The translations under genes and the position numbers were made by a program. The notes beneath the pieces were generated by a model, which ran no database searches, was not told where the DNA came from, and worked only from the letters and a program-made list of their open reading frames with translations. A stretch of DNA of 45,224 bases from contig DAIQRD010000004.1 in the NCBI GenBank assembly GCA_036786445.1, positions 1 to 45,224 of the forward strand, written 5' to 3'. Position 1 is the first letter of the stretch, and each line of letters begins with the position of its first letter. This document shows positions 1-9,979 of the stretch, one piece after another. Source of the DNA: Bacillota bacterium. Its GTDB lineage: Bacteria > Bacillota > Limnochordia > DTU087.

Positions 1-2
1 TG

Positions 3-1889
3 ATGGGCTCAGATAAGCTGGTGATGCGAGCTGGCAAGCTTGATGCTTTACATCTGATGCGTTCCGAGCGCTTGGAGGAGCGGGTGCTTGCCTTGCAGAA
101 AATAGTGTTGGAGGATCCGACTCTAGATACAATGCCTCGGCCAGACGAGATCCCCACTGCCTTGGAAGAGGTAGAAGAAGCGTTGGCTGATTTACTAGCC
201 CGCCGTACAGTGGAGGAATCCATTGAAAAGAAGATAGCAGAGCGCATGCAAGAGCGCCATGAAGAATACCTCAGGGAGGTCCGCTTGGAGATTCTGAGGG
301 AGGAAAAGGGTCCGGACAATCCCTTTACCCTTAGGAAATATGCCGAACTGGAGAAGCTCGAGCAAAGGAAGTTGTCTGCCTCAATCGGTGAATTTCTTCG
401 ACCTGGCGATTTGTCGGGAGTAGTTGGCCAAGAAAAAGCTGTTAAAGCCATGTTTGCTAAGATTGCTTCTCCCTACCCCCAGCATGTGATCTTATATGGG
501 CCTCCCGGAGTGGGCAAGACAACTGCGGCTCGTCTCATACTTGAGGCTGCGAAGCAGCTTCCCCATACACCTTTTGGACCAGAGGCCCTATTTGTGGAGG
601 TTGATGGCACTACACTGAGATGGGATCCCCGTGAAGTGACTAACCCACTGTTGGGTTCGGTGCATGACCCCATTTACCAAGGAGCAAAGCGGGAGTTGGC
701 GGAAGGGGCTGTACCGGAACCGAAACCCGGCTTGGTCACCGAAGCCCACGGTGGTATTCTCTTTATCGACGAGATAGGCGAGTTAGATCTCATGCTGCAA
801 AACAAGTTGCTTAAAGTATTGGAGGACAAGCGGGTGAGATTTGACTCCTCGTACTACGATCCGACAGATCCCAATGTCCCCAAATATATAAAGAAACTCT
901 TTGAGGAAGGGGCGCCTGCCGATTTCATTCTGATAGGGGCTACTACTCGGGATCCCAGCGAGATTAATCCGGCCCTGCGTTCCCGTTGTGCAGAAGTCTT
1001 CTTTGAACCATTGACTCGCCAGGACATTCAAGCCATAGTGGTGAACGCTGTGGAGCGACTAGATGTCGAGGTGGAACCGTCAGTGGCAGAGGTGATTAGT
1101 GAATATACCATTGAGGGCAGGAAGGCCACGAGTCTGCTAGCGGATTGCTATGGTGTTGCTCTGCAGCGATGTGGCAGTCAAATAGATGGGCAAGAGCCGG
1201 TAATCATCACCCGGGGGGATCTTGAGGAAGTTATTCAGAGCAGTCGGCTTATTCCCTTTGTGACGGCGCAAGCCAACAAAGGCGCGGAGATAGGTAAGAT
1301 TTTGGGCCTGGGTGTTAGGGGATTCCTCGGGTCTATACTGGAGATTGAAGCTATTGCGTTCCCTGCTAAGGCCAAAGACAAAGGTACCATCAGATTCAAC
1401 GAGACAGCTGGCTCCATGGCCAAAGACTCAGTCTTTAACGCGGCTTCAGTGGTGAGACAGCTTACCGGTAAAGAGATTTCCAACTATGACTTGCACATCA
1501 ATGTCATTGGAGGCGGCAACATCGATGGCCCATCAGCAGGCCTAGCCATAGTTCTCGCCCTGGTTTCCGCTGTGGAGGGTATCCCGCTACGCCAAGATAT
1601 CGCCGTTACTGGCGAGATTTCTCTACAAGGGAAAATAAGGCCGGTAGGTGGCATTCAAGAGAAAATCTATGGAGCTAGGCAGGCCGGAGTGCAGCGAGTA
1701 CTCGTACCCATGGAGAATGGGCGGGAGATTCCCAAAGATATTGAGGGTATAGAGATTGTACCTGTAGAGGGTGTTCAGGACGCATGGGAGCTTGTCTTTG
1801 CTCCCCAAGAGTTAGCTGCGGCCTCCCGCTATGAGGAGGAGCTACCACATCTGTCTCGTAGGCAGAACAATCAACGGCTAAGTGGCTGA
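3..1889 (+). CDS. Lon-family ATP-dependent serine protease (LonB/LonC-type paralogue of spore formers)
   Basis: AAA+ Walker A GPPGVGKT and Walker B ILFIDEIGELD. C-terminal Lon protease domain has the catalytic Ser motif DGPSAG and a downstream Lys (GGIQEKIYGA). Long charged helical N-terminus instead of a LonA N-domain. The ATG lies at the window edge, so the true start is not verifiable. Confidence 0.85.
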   Translation: MGSDKLVMRAGKLDALHLMRSERLEERVLALQKIVLEDPTLDTMPRPDEIPTALEEVEEALADLLARRTVEESIEKKIAERMQERHEEYLREVRLEILREEKGPDNPFTLRKYAELEKLEQRKLSASIGEFLRPGDLSGVVGQEKAVKAMFAKIASPYPQHVILYGPPGVGKTTAARLILEAAKQLPHTPFGPEALFVEVDGTTLRWDPREVTNPLLGSVHDPIYQGAKRELAEGAVPEPKPGLVTEAHGGILFIDEIGELDLMLQNKLLKVLEDKRVRFDSSYYDPTDPNVPKYIKKLFEEGAPADFILIGATTRDPSEINPALRSRCAEVFFEPLTRQDIQAIVVNAVERLDVEVEPSVAEVISEYTIEGRKATSLLADCYGVALQRCGSQIDGQEPVIITRGDLEEVIQSSRLIPFVTAQANKGAEIGKILGLGVRGFLGSILEIEAIAFPAKAKDKGTIRFNETAGSMAKDSVFNAASVVRQLTGKEISNYDLHINVIGGGNIDGPSAGLAIVLALVSAVEGIPLRQDIAVTGEISLQGKIRPVGGIQEKIYGARQAGVQRVLVPMENGREIPKDIEGIEIVPVEGVQDAWELVFAPQELAAASRYEEELPHLSRRQNNQRLSG

Positions 1890-1907
1890 CCAGGGAGGGG
1901 GAGACAG

Positions 1908-2783
1908 TTGCCTAACCGTCTTGGCCATGGTTTAACTGGCACCACCGGTATTCTAGGTGTCATCGGCGATCCTATCGGTCATAGTCTGTCGCCGGCTATG
2001 CAGAATGCCGCCCTGGGAGCTTTGGAACAAAATTTCATATATGTACCCTTTCGAGTTAGCCCTTCGCGATTACAGGAGGCAATTGGTGGAGTACGGGCTC
2101 TAGGGATACGGGGGATTAATGTTACGATACCTCACAAAGTAGGAGTTATAGATCATCTGGATGAAGTTGACCCCGTTGCCCAGCTGATTGGGGCCATTAA
2201 CACCATCAGTAACGTCGATGGCTGTTTGGTAGGGTATAATACAGATGGTATCGGGTTTCTGCGGTCCCTTGAAGAGGAAGCGGGTAGAGCGCCCCAGGGG
2301 CAAAATGTCACCATCTTGGGAGCCGGCGGTGCTGCCAGGGCTATTGGTTTTCAGTTGGCACTGTCCGGGATCAAAGGGCTAATCTTAGCTAATCGCACAG
2401 AAAGCAGGGCTTTAGCTTTGGCTACGGAAATCCAAGAGAGGACTGGGTGTGTAGCCACGGCAGCTAGTCTCGATGATCTAGCGACGTACCTACCCGCCAC
2501 CGATATATTGATAAATACGACATCCCTGGGGATGTATCCCGAGGTAACATCTACACCGCCGGTGAAAGTGAACCTCTTGCCCCTTACTGCATTGGTGTGC
2601 GACATTGTTTATAATCCCGGGGAGACTATTCTCCTCCAGGAGGCCGGTGCCAGAGGTCTCGCCACCCTGCCGGGCTTAGGTATGTTGGCCTATCAGGGAG
2701 CAGCTTCTCTAGAGATTTGGCTGGGAATCAAGGCACCAATAGATGTCATGAAATCAGCCTTGTGCAGGCAACTAGGGCTTTAG
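1908..2783 (+). CDS. aroE: shikimate 5-dehydrogenase
   Basis: TTG start preceded by GGAGGGGGAG. Motifs GVIGDPIGHSLSPAMQNAA and NTDGIGF, plus dinucleotide loop ILGAGGAARA. Confidence 0.9.
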   Translation: MPNRLGHGLTGTTGILGVIGDPIGHSLSPAMQNAALGALEQNFIYVPFRVSPSRLQEAIGGVRALGIRGINVTIPHKVGVIDHLDEVDPVAQLIGAINTISNVDGCLVGYNTDGIGFLRSLEEEAGRAPQGQNVTILGAGGAARAIGFQLALSGIKGLILANRTESRALALATEIQERTGCVATAASLDDLATYLPATDILINTTSLGMYPEVTSTPPVKVNLLPLTALVCDIVYNPGETILLQEAGARGLATLPGLGMLAYQGAASLEIWLGIKAPIDVMKSALCRQLGL

Positions 2784-2815
2784 CCAATGCAGGGCTGCAG
2801 GTCGGGGGCCACGAC

Positions 2816-3598
2816 TCATGTAATAGGCGGCTCCCCTTTGAGGGCACCGATCATCTCCATGGCGGTGGTTACCCTTGCCTTCGTGCCATTGATTACCAAA
2901 CCTACACTACCTTCACTGCCACCTACTCCTCCGGCGGATATTTGTACAGCATCTACTCCATAGAGTATAGAAAGTGCCTCTATCTCGGTAATGATATCGG
3001 CACCGGTGACAGGTATCATGCCACAGGGCATGCCTAGAGTTTGATCAAAGACGTGTGTGCCTAGCTGGCGCACAGCCGCATCTACAGAGGGGATCAATTT
3101 CTCCCGAGAAGCAGGAACGATCAGATGGCTACCTCGAGCATACAGCGCACCAAAAGCTACTCCACAGGTTCCCCCATGGGGAGATCCTACTAGTACGCCC
3201 GCCATACCAGTCAAATCTATGGCATTGGCTCCTTTGATAAAAACATCATCACCGGTGAAATCCCCTAGGATCTCTGGCCAAGGCCGGGAGCTTGGCTGCC
3301 CATTTTCGAAGCAAATCGGTGCTAGCCGAGTTTCGCTATCAGTAACAGAATATTCGCCATGGGTCACAATGCCTGCGGTGTAGCGGGCTATGTCTACTGG
3401 TTGCCCTAGGATCTCCTCTGCAATGTAGCCATTGGTAATACCAGTGGCTATGATCAAGCGCCCTTGGTGGCGGGCTTGTTGCACCACGGGCATAGCCGCC
3501 ACGGCTTTGGCGATTAGGCGCTTCCCCTCGGAGACTGTGAGAGAGAACAGGGCTTTTGCCTTGTCAGTGCTTGTAGTCAATGGTATTCTCCCTTCCAT
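2816..3598 (-). CDS. conserved hypothetical soluble protein (possibly LUD/YkgG-like fold, unassigned)
   Basis: 260-aa ORF convergent with aroE, with no TM segment or signal peptide. The Gly-rich blocks GANAIDLTGMAGVLVGSPHGG and HLIVPASREKLIPSVDAAV loosely resemble LUD-domain motifs by eye only. It sits 12 nt downstream of the 70-aa ORF on the same strand. Confidence 0.6.
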   Translation of the reverse strand: MEGRIPLTTSTDKAKALFSLTVSEGKRLIAKAVAAMPVVQQARHQGRLIIATGITNGYIAEEILGQPVDIARYTAGIVTHGEYSVTDSETRLAPICFENGQPSSRPWPEILGDFTGDDVFIKGANAIDLTGMAGVLVGSPHGGTCGVAFGALYARGSHLIVPASREKLIPSVDAAVRQLGTHVFDQTLGMPCGMIPVTGADIITEIEALSILYGVDAVQISAGGVGGSEGSVGLVINGTKARVTTAMEMIGALKGEPPIT

Positions 3599-3610
3599 GA
3601 ACAGGCAGAA

Positions 3611-3823
3611 TTAGTAGTCCATAGATTCAAGATACTGGCGGCAGATATGGTTGCCCTGGCGCTGTGTTTGCACCAAGAGCTCCATGATCTCCTCCTTAAA
3701 TCGCCGGACTAGTTCTTCATCGAAGAGGTTAATCTCCACTGTTTTCAAAAGAACTCCCAACTGCTGGTTCAATTCCCGCTGGGTATCCACGACTGCTTGC
3801 CATTGAGCTTCCACAGGTAACAA
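3611..3823 (-). CDS. small helical hypothetical protein (first gene of a 2-gene minus-strand unit)
   Basis: 70-aa ORF rich in E/Q/L (helical or coiled-coil-like). GGAGG lies upstream. The start is ambiguous: TTG at 3823 is only 2-3 nt from the SD, while the in-frame GTG 9 nt downstream has better spacing. Confidence 0.45.
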   Translation of the reverse strand: MLPVEAQWQAVVDTQRELNQQLGVLLKTVEINLFDEELVRRFKEEIMELLVQTQRQGNHICRQYLESMDY

Positions 3824-3952
3824 TGCCTCCTACTTCCGTTGGCGGGTATTGCCTCCCGCTAGCTGCTAGCACTGTATTCTACACAGCCATGGAGTAGACC
3901 TGCCCCAGCAATAACCGCAAGGTAATAAGGTGATAATGGAGTACATATAGTA

Positions 3953-3981
3953 TTGAAAGGATTCCTAGAAATAATTATGCT
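3953..3981 (+). promoter_or_regulatory. putative sigma-A promoter for ddl
   Basis: TTGAAA (3953-3958), 17-bp spacer, TATGCT (3976-3981). Confidence 0.3.
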
Positions 3982-4028
3982 TTGCGAAGGGAGAGAAAAG
4001 GCCCCTGCCTGTGCAGAGGCCTGGCCAG

Positions 4029-5183
4029 GTGACAGATAAGATCCGAGTGGGTGTTATATTTGGTGGGCGTTCCAGTGAGCATGAGGTCTCACTTACATCG
4101 GCCTCTTGTGTGCTTGAGGCCATAGACAGGTCAAAATACGATGTAGTACCGATTGGAATCACAAAAGCGGGGCAATGGCTAGTGGGAGATGATGTGCTAA
4201 AACTACTATCCTCCCAGGTCCATGGGCTGGAAACTGACATTTACCCAGATACTGCCACCCCTGTATCTTTGCTACCAGTCCCAAGAGAAGGTGGCCTTGT
4301 CTTGGTTGATTCACTTGGGGGAACCCCAAGCTCGGCCCATATGGCTGGGCAGATAGACGTAGTCTTCCCTGTTTTGCATGGTACTTATGGAGAAGATGGT
4401 GCGATCCAGGGCTTGCTTGAATTGGCAGATCTGCCTTATGTTGGGGCTGGGGTAACCGGTTCTGCGGTATCCATGGACAAAGCTATGGCTAAAGCAGTAT
4501 TCACCGCTAGGGGTTTTCCCCAGTTGCCGTACTTGACGATCCTCCGTTCACAGTGGGAAGTTAGTCCGGAGATTGCCCAAAAGGCTGTGGATTCGGAGCT
4601 TGGCTACCCATGCTTTGTGAAACCGGCTTCCTTGGGGTCTAGTGTTGGTATTTCCAAGGTGCGCAGATCAGAAGAGCTTCAGGCCGCGCTGGCCGAAGCC
4701 GCTCGTTACGATCGCAAGTTCGTTGTGGAGAAAGATGCTGGCAACGCTCGTGAAGTGGAATGCGGCGTGCTGGGTAATGACGAGCCCATAGCGTCAACGC
4801 CGGGAGAGATCGTTCCTTCTCGTGAGTTCTACGATTATGTGGCCAAATACCATGATAGCGCTTCAGAGCTGGTTATCCCCGCTAGGGTTTCCCCGGACAC
4901 GACTGAGAGGGTGCAGGAGCTAGCCATTCAAGCCTTTAAGGCCCTGGACTGTGCGGGTATGGCTCGGGTGGACTTCTTTGTGGACAAAACCACGGAGCAA
5001 GTTTATATCAATGAGATCAATACCATACCAGGTTTTACCCCAATCAGCATGTACCCGAAACTGTGGGAAGCCAGTGGGCTACCTTACTCAGAGTTGATCG
5101 ATCGGCTCATTGAATTGGCTTTGGAGCGCCACGGAGATAAGGGACGAAATGTAACCTCTTTTGCGCCTAGGGAGGTTAAATAG
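4029..5183 (+). CDS. ddl: D-alanine--D-alanine ligase
   Basis: [23 protein letters not shown]-terminus, [31 protein letters not shown]-grasp C-terminus [18 protein letters not shown]. The ORF opens at 4011. GTG 4029 gives the canonical N-terminal length. Confidence 0.92.
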   Translation: MTDKIRVGVIFGGRSSEHEVSLTSASCVLEAIDRSKYDVVPIGITKAGQWLVGDDVLKLLSSQVHGLETDIYPDTATPVSLLPVPREGGLVLVDSLGGTPSSAHMAGQIDVVFPVLHGTYGEDGAIQGLLELADLPYVGAGVTGSAVSMDKAMAKAVFTARGFPQLPYLTILRSQWEVSPEIAQKAVDSELGYPCFVKPASLGSSVGISKVRRSEELQAALAEAARYDRKFVVEKDAGNAREVECGVLGNDEPIASTPGEIVPSREFYDYVAKYHDSASELVIPARVSPDTTERVQELAIQAFKALDCAGMARVDFFVDKTTEQVYINEINTIPGFTPISMYPKLWEASGLPYSELIDRLIELALERHGDKGRNVTSFAPREVK

Positions 5184-5246
5184 ATTTCAGATCGATAGAG
5201 AACTAGCTTAACTAACCGGCCAACGGGGCAGAAAGGACCGAGACCA

Positions 5247-5543
5247 ATGTGGAAATCCAATGCGAAGGAACCACGGGTGAGGTTTTGGGGACGGCTTCTG
5301 GTGGGTGCCGCTTCTTTGGGTTTTGTGGGCTGGGCTTGGTTTTTCCATAAACATGTTTGGCAGGTGGCGATTCCTGCCTTTGGATCACCGGAGCCATACC
5401 TAGCGGCACTGAGGCTGCTCTTGGCAAGATATCTGGTAGCCGGAGGTGGGTTGCTTTTGACCTGGTGGGCAGGTTTTGCTTTGGCGCGCTCTCCTGGGGC
5501 CCCTTCGCCTCAGGACAGTACCCACCAGCGGCAGGTGGGCTAG
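5247..5543 (+). CDS. hypothetical small membrane protein (2 predicted TM, Trp-rich)
   Basis: 98-aa ORF with two hydrophobic stretches, LLVGAASLGFVGWAWFF and LVAGGGLLLTWWAGFAL. There is no convincing SD, and an equally long Pro-rich ORF on the opposite strand is judged spurious. Confidence 0.35.
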   Translation: MWKSNAKEPRVRFWGRLLVGAASLGFVGWAWFFHKHVWQVAIPAFGSPEPYLAALRLLLARYLVAGGGLLLTWWAGFALARSPGAPSPQDSTHQRQVG

Positions 5544-5570
5544 ATATCAGATACACCTACGATGACTCTC

Positions 5571-5599
5571 TTGATCATGATATGATGTATATGATAATT
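5571..5599 (+). promoter_or_regulatory. putative sigma-A promoter for the ABC-F gene
   Basis: TTGATC (5571-5576) followed 16-17 bp later by GATAAT/ATAATT (5593-5599). The leader is very short, leaving no room for an attenuator. Confidence 0.3.
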
Positions 5600-5619
5600 C
5601 GTTGGGGGAGTAGTTTCAA

Positions 5620-7530
5620 TTGAGTCTCATACAACTTGAGCAGGTAACCAAATACTTTGGAGATCGGCAGATCCTGGCTGGGATTACCGCTGCCATCCAG
5701 CCCGGAGACAAGTTGGGCTTGGTGGGGTCCAATGGTGCCGGCAAAACCACCTTGCTTTCCCTTATGGTTGAGGAAATCACACCTGACAGCGGTTCGCTCA
5801 ATAAGGCAGCTCGGTGTCGGATTGGATATTTGCCCCAAAGGCCGGCCAGAGCAGGAGAAGTGACCCTAAGGCATCTACTGATGCAGGAACTCACCGAGAT
5901 TGTGGAGATGGCTGATAACATCCGGCAATTGGAGATCAGGATGGCATCGCCAGAGGTATTCCAGGATGAAATCCTGTTAAACGAAGTTATGGGTCGCTAC
6001 AGCCGATTGCAAGAGGAGTTCCGCCATATGGGTGGTTACTCTTATGAAGTCAAGATGAAACAGGTGATCTACGGCTTAGGCTTTGTCAGTGATGATTTAG
6101 GCCGTTCGCTCGCTGAATTCAGCGGAGGAGAGCAGGTAAGAGCTGAACTTGCTAGGCTGCTCTTGGCTGAGCCAGAGCTCTTGCTTCTAGATGAGCCCAC
6201 AAACCATCTTGATATGCAGGCAACAGAGTGGCTGGAAAACTATCTAAAATCCTTGCGCCAAGCAGTTGTGGTGGTTTCCCATGATCGGTATTTTCTCGAT
6301 GTAATCTGTACCAGGATTTGGGAGCTGGATAAGTGTCAGCTATATCAATACCCAGGGAATTTCAGCCAATTTCAGGAGTTGCGACGGGAACGGGTAGCTT
6401 GCCAGCAAAGAGACTATGAGGTGGTTACCGAAGAGGCTCGCAAGCTAGAAGAATATATTGCTCGCTATCGGGCGGGCAACCGGGCCAAACAGGCTCAGAG
6501 CCGAGAGAAGCGTCTGGCTAGGCTGGATTCGGTATCTCGGCCATCTGGTGCGAAAGCTATGCGTTTGGATTTCTCCAATGCGGCACATACCGTGAAACAG
6601 GTGCTGAGAACAGAGCAGTTAGCTGTGGGCTATGATGGTGAAGCACTCCTTAGTGGATTGGATTTGTCGATTCTACGAGGCGAGAGATGGGGCGTGATCG
6701 GTCCCAATGGTGTTGGTAAGAGCACTTTGTTGAAGGTAGTGGCCGGGGAGGAAGTAGCGATTAATGGCTCCTTTCAGTGGGGAGATGGCGTTGTTATTGG
6801 GTATTTCCGCCAAGGCCTTGATGATCTAGATGCAGACAACACTATCCTCGATGAAATGCTAGAGGTGCGCAATCTGCCTGTGGGGCAGATGCGTAGTTTT
6901 CTGGCCAGATTCTTGTTTACAGGGGAGAAAGTGTTTGATCGTGTCAGCACGTTAAGTGGGGGTGAACGCTGTCGTGTTGCATTGGCGAAGCTGCTTCTAA
7001 CCGCCCCCAACGTCTTACTGCTGGATGAACCTACGAATCATCTGGATGTAGTGAGCAGAGAGGCCTTGGAGCAAGCCTTGGCTGATTTTGCTGGGACGAT
7101 GATCTTAGTAACCCATGATCGCTATCTCTTGGACAAGCTGGCAACATCCTTACTTATTTTGGAACCAGGTGTGTACAATATCTACCCAGGAACGTACAGT
7201 GCTTTTCGGGAGCAGGAGAAGAGCCGAGAGCAAGTTACTACCCCGGCCCCAAAGGCTCGTGCTCCCAGGCCGAAAGGCAGCTCTGTTGCCGAGAGGACTG
7301 AGACCCGCTGGAAGAAAGAGCTCCAGGAGCTAGAGGAATTGATTCTCCAGTTGGAGGAGGAGCAAAGTGCTTTCGTTGAGCAAATGGCCGCTCCAGAGAT
7401 TTATGCCGACGGAGCTGCCATCAGGGAAGTCAGTTTGCTCCATCGAGAGGCCTCCCTGGAACTAGAAGGTCTTTATCGAAGGTGGGAACGCCTTGTGAGC
7501 CTGCTGGAAAGCAGGAATCCAAACCCATGA
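5620..7530 (+). CDS. ABC-F family ATPase (two ABC cassettes, no TM; translation-factor type)
   Basis: Two Walker A sites (GSNGAGKTTL, GPNGVGKSTL), two signature motifs (FSGGEQ, LSGGER), an inter-domain basic linker (RYRAGNRAKQAQSREKR) and a C-terminal coiled-coil extension. TTG start after GGGGGAG. Confidence 0.9.
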   Translation: MSLIQLEQVTKYFGDRQILAGITAAIQPGDKLGLVGSNGAGKTTLLSLMVEEITPDSGSLNKAARCRIGYLPQRPARAGEVTLRHLLMQELTEIVEMADNIRQLEIRMASPEVFQDEILLNEVMGRYSRLQEEFRHMGGYSYEVKMKQVIYGLGFVSDDLGRSLAEFSGGEQVRAELARLLLAEPELLLLDEPTNHLDMQATEWLENYLKSLRQAVVVVSHDRYFLDVICTRIWELDKCQLYQYPGNFSQFQELRRERVACQQRDYEVVTEEARKLEEYIARYRAGNRAKQAQSREKRLARLDSVSRPSGAKAMRLDFSNAAHTVKQVLRTEQLAVGYDGEALLSGLDLSILRGERWGVIGPNGVGKSTLLKVVAGEEVAINGSFQWGDGVVIGYFRQGLDDLDADNTILDEMLEVRNLPVGQMRSFLARFLFTGEKVFDRVSTLSGGERCRVALAKLLLTAPNVLLLDEPTNHLDVVSREALEQALADFAGTMILVTHDRYLLDKLATSLLILEPGVYNIYPGTYSAFREQEKSREQVTTPAPKARAPRPKGSSVAERTETRWKKELQELEELILQLEEEQSAFVEQMAAPEIYADGAAIREVSLLHREASLELEGLYRRWERLVSLLESRNPNP

Positions 7531-7653
7531 GGCGAAGTAATCTTGCAGTGCTTTCAAAGCCAACCCAAGGGCCTTTGGGTCGTCCCAAAGGCTCATTTGG
7601 GTACAATCGTGTAGCCAGCCACGTGTAATTGCCTGGGCTTGGGAGGGATGCCG

Positions 7654-8544
7654 ATGGCAAACGAGAATTCCAGGGCTTGGCGGGTGGAAAACCCCCGGTG
7701 GGTTGTGAGTGTGCCCCGGGAACTGCTCACTGTATATCATCGAATAATAGGAAGTCAGGCTGTGTTGGTTTGGCTACATCTACAATGTTGGGAGGAGCAG
7801 AGCTCAGTCCCGGACATTGATACTCTAGTAGCGCAACTGCAGGCGCAAACCGGTTTCCCGCCGGATGCTATCACTTTGGCTTTGCATAAATTGGAACAGT
7901 ATGAACTTGTAGAGATGCAAGAGAGGATTATCAAGTTGTGCTTGCCCCTATCGGAGGAGCAGTTTGCCCTACGTTTTGCCCGGGAGCTAAGAGCTGAACC
8001 CGGGTATCAAGCATTTGGCGAGGTAGGTTTGACCCTTGATACTGCAGTGGAGTCAGTGCCACTTGCGGCTGCGGCATTGGAGGAGACTACTGCGCCACCG
8101 GTAGTTATGGCTGCCGGTAATATGGATGCAACCATTACACTAAACAAGGAAGTGTTTTCCTCTCCCGAAGCTGACCTGCAGGCAGTCCTTGATCTATATC
8201 ATAAGCGCATCGGCCTCATGGGACCAAAGCAACGGGATATACTGCGATTTTGGGTGGAAGAGTCTGGCATGAGTGCGGAAGTTGTGGCTGCGGCCATCGA
8301 TGTTACCGCCCGGAAGGCGGAAAACCCCAGGATTCCATATCTAGTGGGCGTACTGCGCAACTGGTTTAACGATGGTGTTCGCACCTATGCTGAAGCGGTC
8401 AAGAAGTATCCCGAGATTACAGGGGAGGATCAAACCCCTGCCAAAAGCTACGAGGGTTTGCCCAACGCCGGGGCCTACTCCGAGGTCGATAGTGACCTAG
8501 TGCGCAAGTGGAAGGAGCTTTACCCCGATGAGTATAACAGCTAG
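7654..8544 (+). CDS. DnaD-domain replication protein (DnaD/DnaB-like primosome component)
   Basis: C-terminal DnaD-type repeat LDLYHKRIGLMGPKQRDILRFWVEESGMSAEVVAAAIDVTARKAENPRIPYLVGVLRNWFNDGVRT. The ORF opens at 7639. ATG 7654 has GGGAGGG 7 nt upstream. Confidence 0.8.
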   Translation: MANENSRAWRVENPRWVVSVPRELLTVYHRIIGSQAVLVWLHLQCWEEQSSVPDIDTLVAQLQAQTGFPPDAITLALHKLEQYELVEMQERIIKLCLPLSEEQFALRFARELRAEPGYQAFGEVGLTLDTAVESVPLAAAALEETTAPPVVMAAGNMDATITLNKEVFSSPEADLQAVLDLYHKRIGLMGPKQRDILRFWVEESGMSAEVVAAAIDVTARKAENPRIPYLVGVLRNWFNDGVRTYAEAVKKYPEITGEDQTPAKSYEGLPNAGAYSEVDSDLVRKWKELYPDEYNS

Positions 8545-9931
8545 GGAATGGGAAACCCAAGAGAGTAGGCTTCCGTTTATTCCTATGGACCTTGATGCTG
8601 AACGCCGAGTCTTAGGTATCTTGATTAAGCACTCGGGTAAGATCGATCTAGCGGTGGACAAGCTACAACCCCATCATTTCTATGATCGTATTCATCGCAT
8701 GATCTATCAGGCCATTCTGGATCTCTACCATTCCAAGGGTAGGATATCTTATACTCAAGTATACGGCAAACTTCGTAAAGAACAGCAGATAGACACCCTA
8801 GAGGAAGTACTGGTGGCCATTACCGAGTCTTTTGCCAGCCAGGCGGAGTTAGAGCCTAGTATAGAGGTTCTCCTGGAGAAAAATGGCAAACGCCAGATCC
8901 TACAGGCGGCTCAGCAGATTGAGCAGATGATTCTGCTGGAAAAGGAAGACAGTATTGAGGCTTACCAAGCCAAAGCCCAGGAACTCATGTTCGCCGCCAC
9001 CAATGCGGTGACCAGCCCCGAAGATGACGCGAAGGATCTCTTGGCAATTCTCAACAAGTGTTACATTAATCTGCTGCAACGGCGAGAAGGCAAGACTTCC
9101 CACGGGTTGTCAGTGCGCTATCCGTCCATCGATTCATTTACAACAGGTTTCAAGAACAAGGACTTGATCATTCTAGCAGCTCGGCCCAGTATGGGCAAAA
9201 CCTCCTTGGCCCTGAACTTCGCAATGAATGTGGGCAAACGCAATATACCGGTGTTGATCTTTAGCTTGGAAATGGATGATGAGCAAATCGGTGATCGCTT
9301 GGTACTCAGCGAGTTGTTTCGTTTCAAAGGCCAAGGTCCCGAAGAGGTAACTTCCTTTGATTACTCAACGAGAATGACTGATACTCAATTTGCTGCCACT
9401 CAATCGGTGTTCAATGATCTTTACAAACTCCCCATACAAGTGGTGGACAAGCGAGGATTGACAGTGGCGGAAATCAGGGCTAAGGCTAGGAAAGCCAAGG
9501 CGGAGCAACCTGATCTTGGCCTGATTATTGTGGATTATCTACAATTGCTCAAGCCGCCACCAGAAAGCAGGAAGAACTGGGCTTTGGTCGTAGGTGATAT
9601 GGTTAGGGAGTTGCGTGATCTCGCCGGTGAATTGAATCTGCCCCTGATCCTCCTGTCCCAGTTGAACCGAGGAGTAGAAAGCAGAGATGACAAACGGCCC
9701 ATGATGTCTGATCTGCGAGATAGTGGTAATATTGAAGAATTTGCCGACGTGATTATGTTCCTATATCGAGAAGACTATTACTATCCGGAGCAGGCTGCCG
9801 AAAAAGGGATTACAGGTGAAACGGAGATCATCTTTGCTAAGCAACGCAAGGGACCAACGGGCAAAGTGAGGCTGATGTATCAGAAGGAATATACCCGTTT
9901 CGTGGAAGAGACTATCCGGGAAGAAGCCTAG
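8528..9931 (+). CDS. dnaB: replicative DNA helicase (DnaB family; DnaC in B. subtilis naming)
   Basis: Walker A ARPSMGKTSLALNFA, Walker B IIVDYLQLL, LSQLNR, and SDLRDSGNIEEFADVIMFLYRED. The longest ORF overlaps the DnaD-like gene by 17 nt. An alternative start at 8585 (MDLDAERRVLG) is possible. Confidence 0.92.
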   Translation: MSITAREWETQESRLPFIPMDLDAERRVLGILIKHSGKIDLAVDKLQPHHFYDRIHRMIYQAILDLYHSKGRISYTQVYGKLRKEQQIDTLEEVLVAITESFASQAELEPSIEVLLEKNGKRQILQAAQQIEQMILLEKEDSIEAYQAKAQELMFAATNAVTSPEDDAKDLLAILNKCYINLLQRREGKTSHGLSVRYPSIDSFTTGFKNKDLIILAARPSMGKTSLALNFAMNVGKRNIPVLIFSLEMDDEQIGDRLVLSELFRFKGQGPEEVTSFDYSTRMTDTQFAATQSVFNDLYKLPIQVVDKRGLTVAEIRAKARKAKAEQPDLGLIIVDYLQLLKPPPESRKNWALVVGDMVRELRDLAGELNLPLILLSQLNRGVESRDDKRPMMSDLRDSGNIEEFADVIMFLYREDYYYPEQAAEKGITGETEIIFAKQRKGPTGKVRLMYQKEYTRFVEETIREEA

Positions 9932-9979
9932 ACGGGTTTTCAAGCTTGCTTTTCGGGCAGCTTTGACTGAGGTGTTTCC

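Noticed and set aside
5212-5556. 114-aa minus-strand Pro-rich ORF.
   Set aside because: Its composition is low-complexity (Pro/Ser/Ala), it has no SD, and it mirrors the plus-strand ORF. Probably non-coding.
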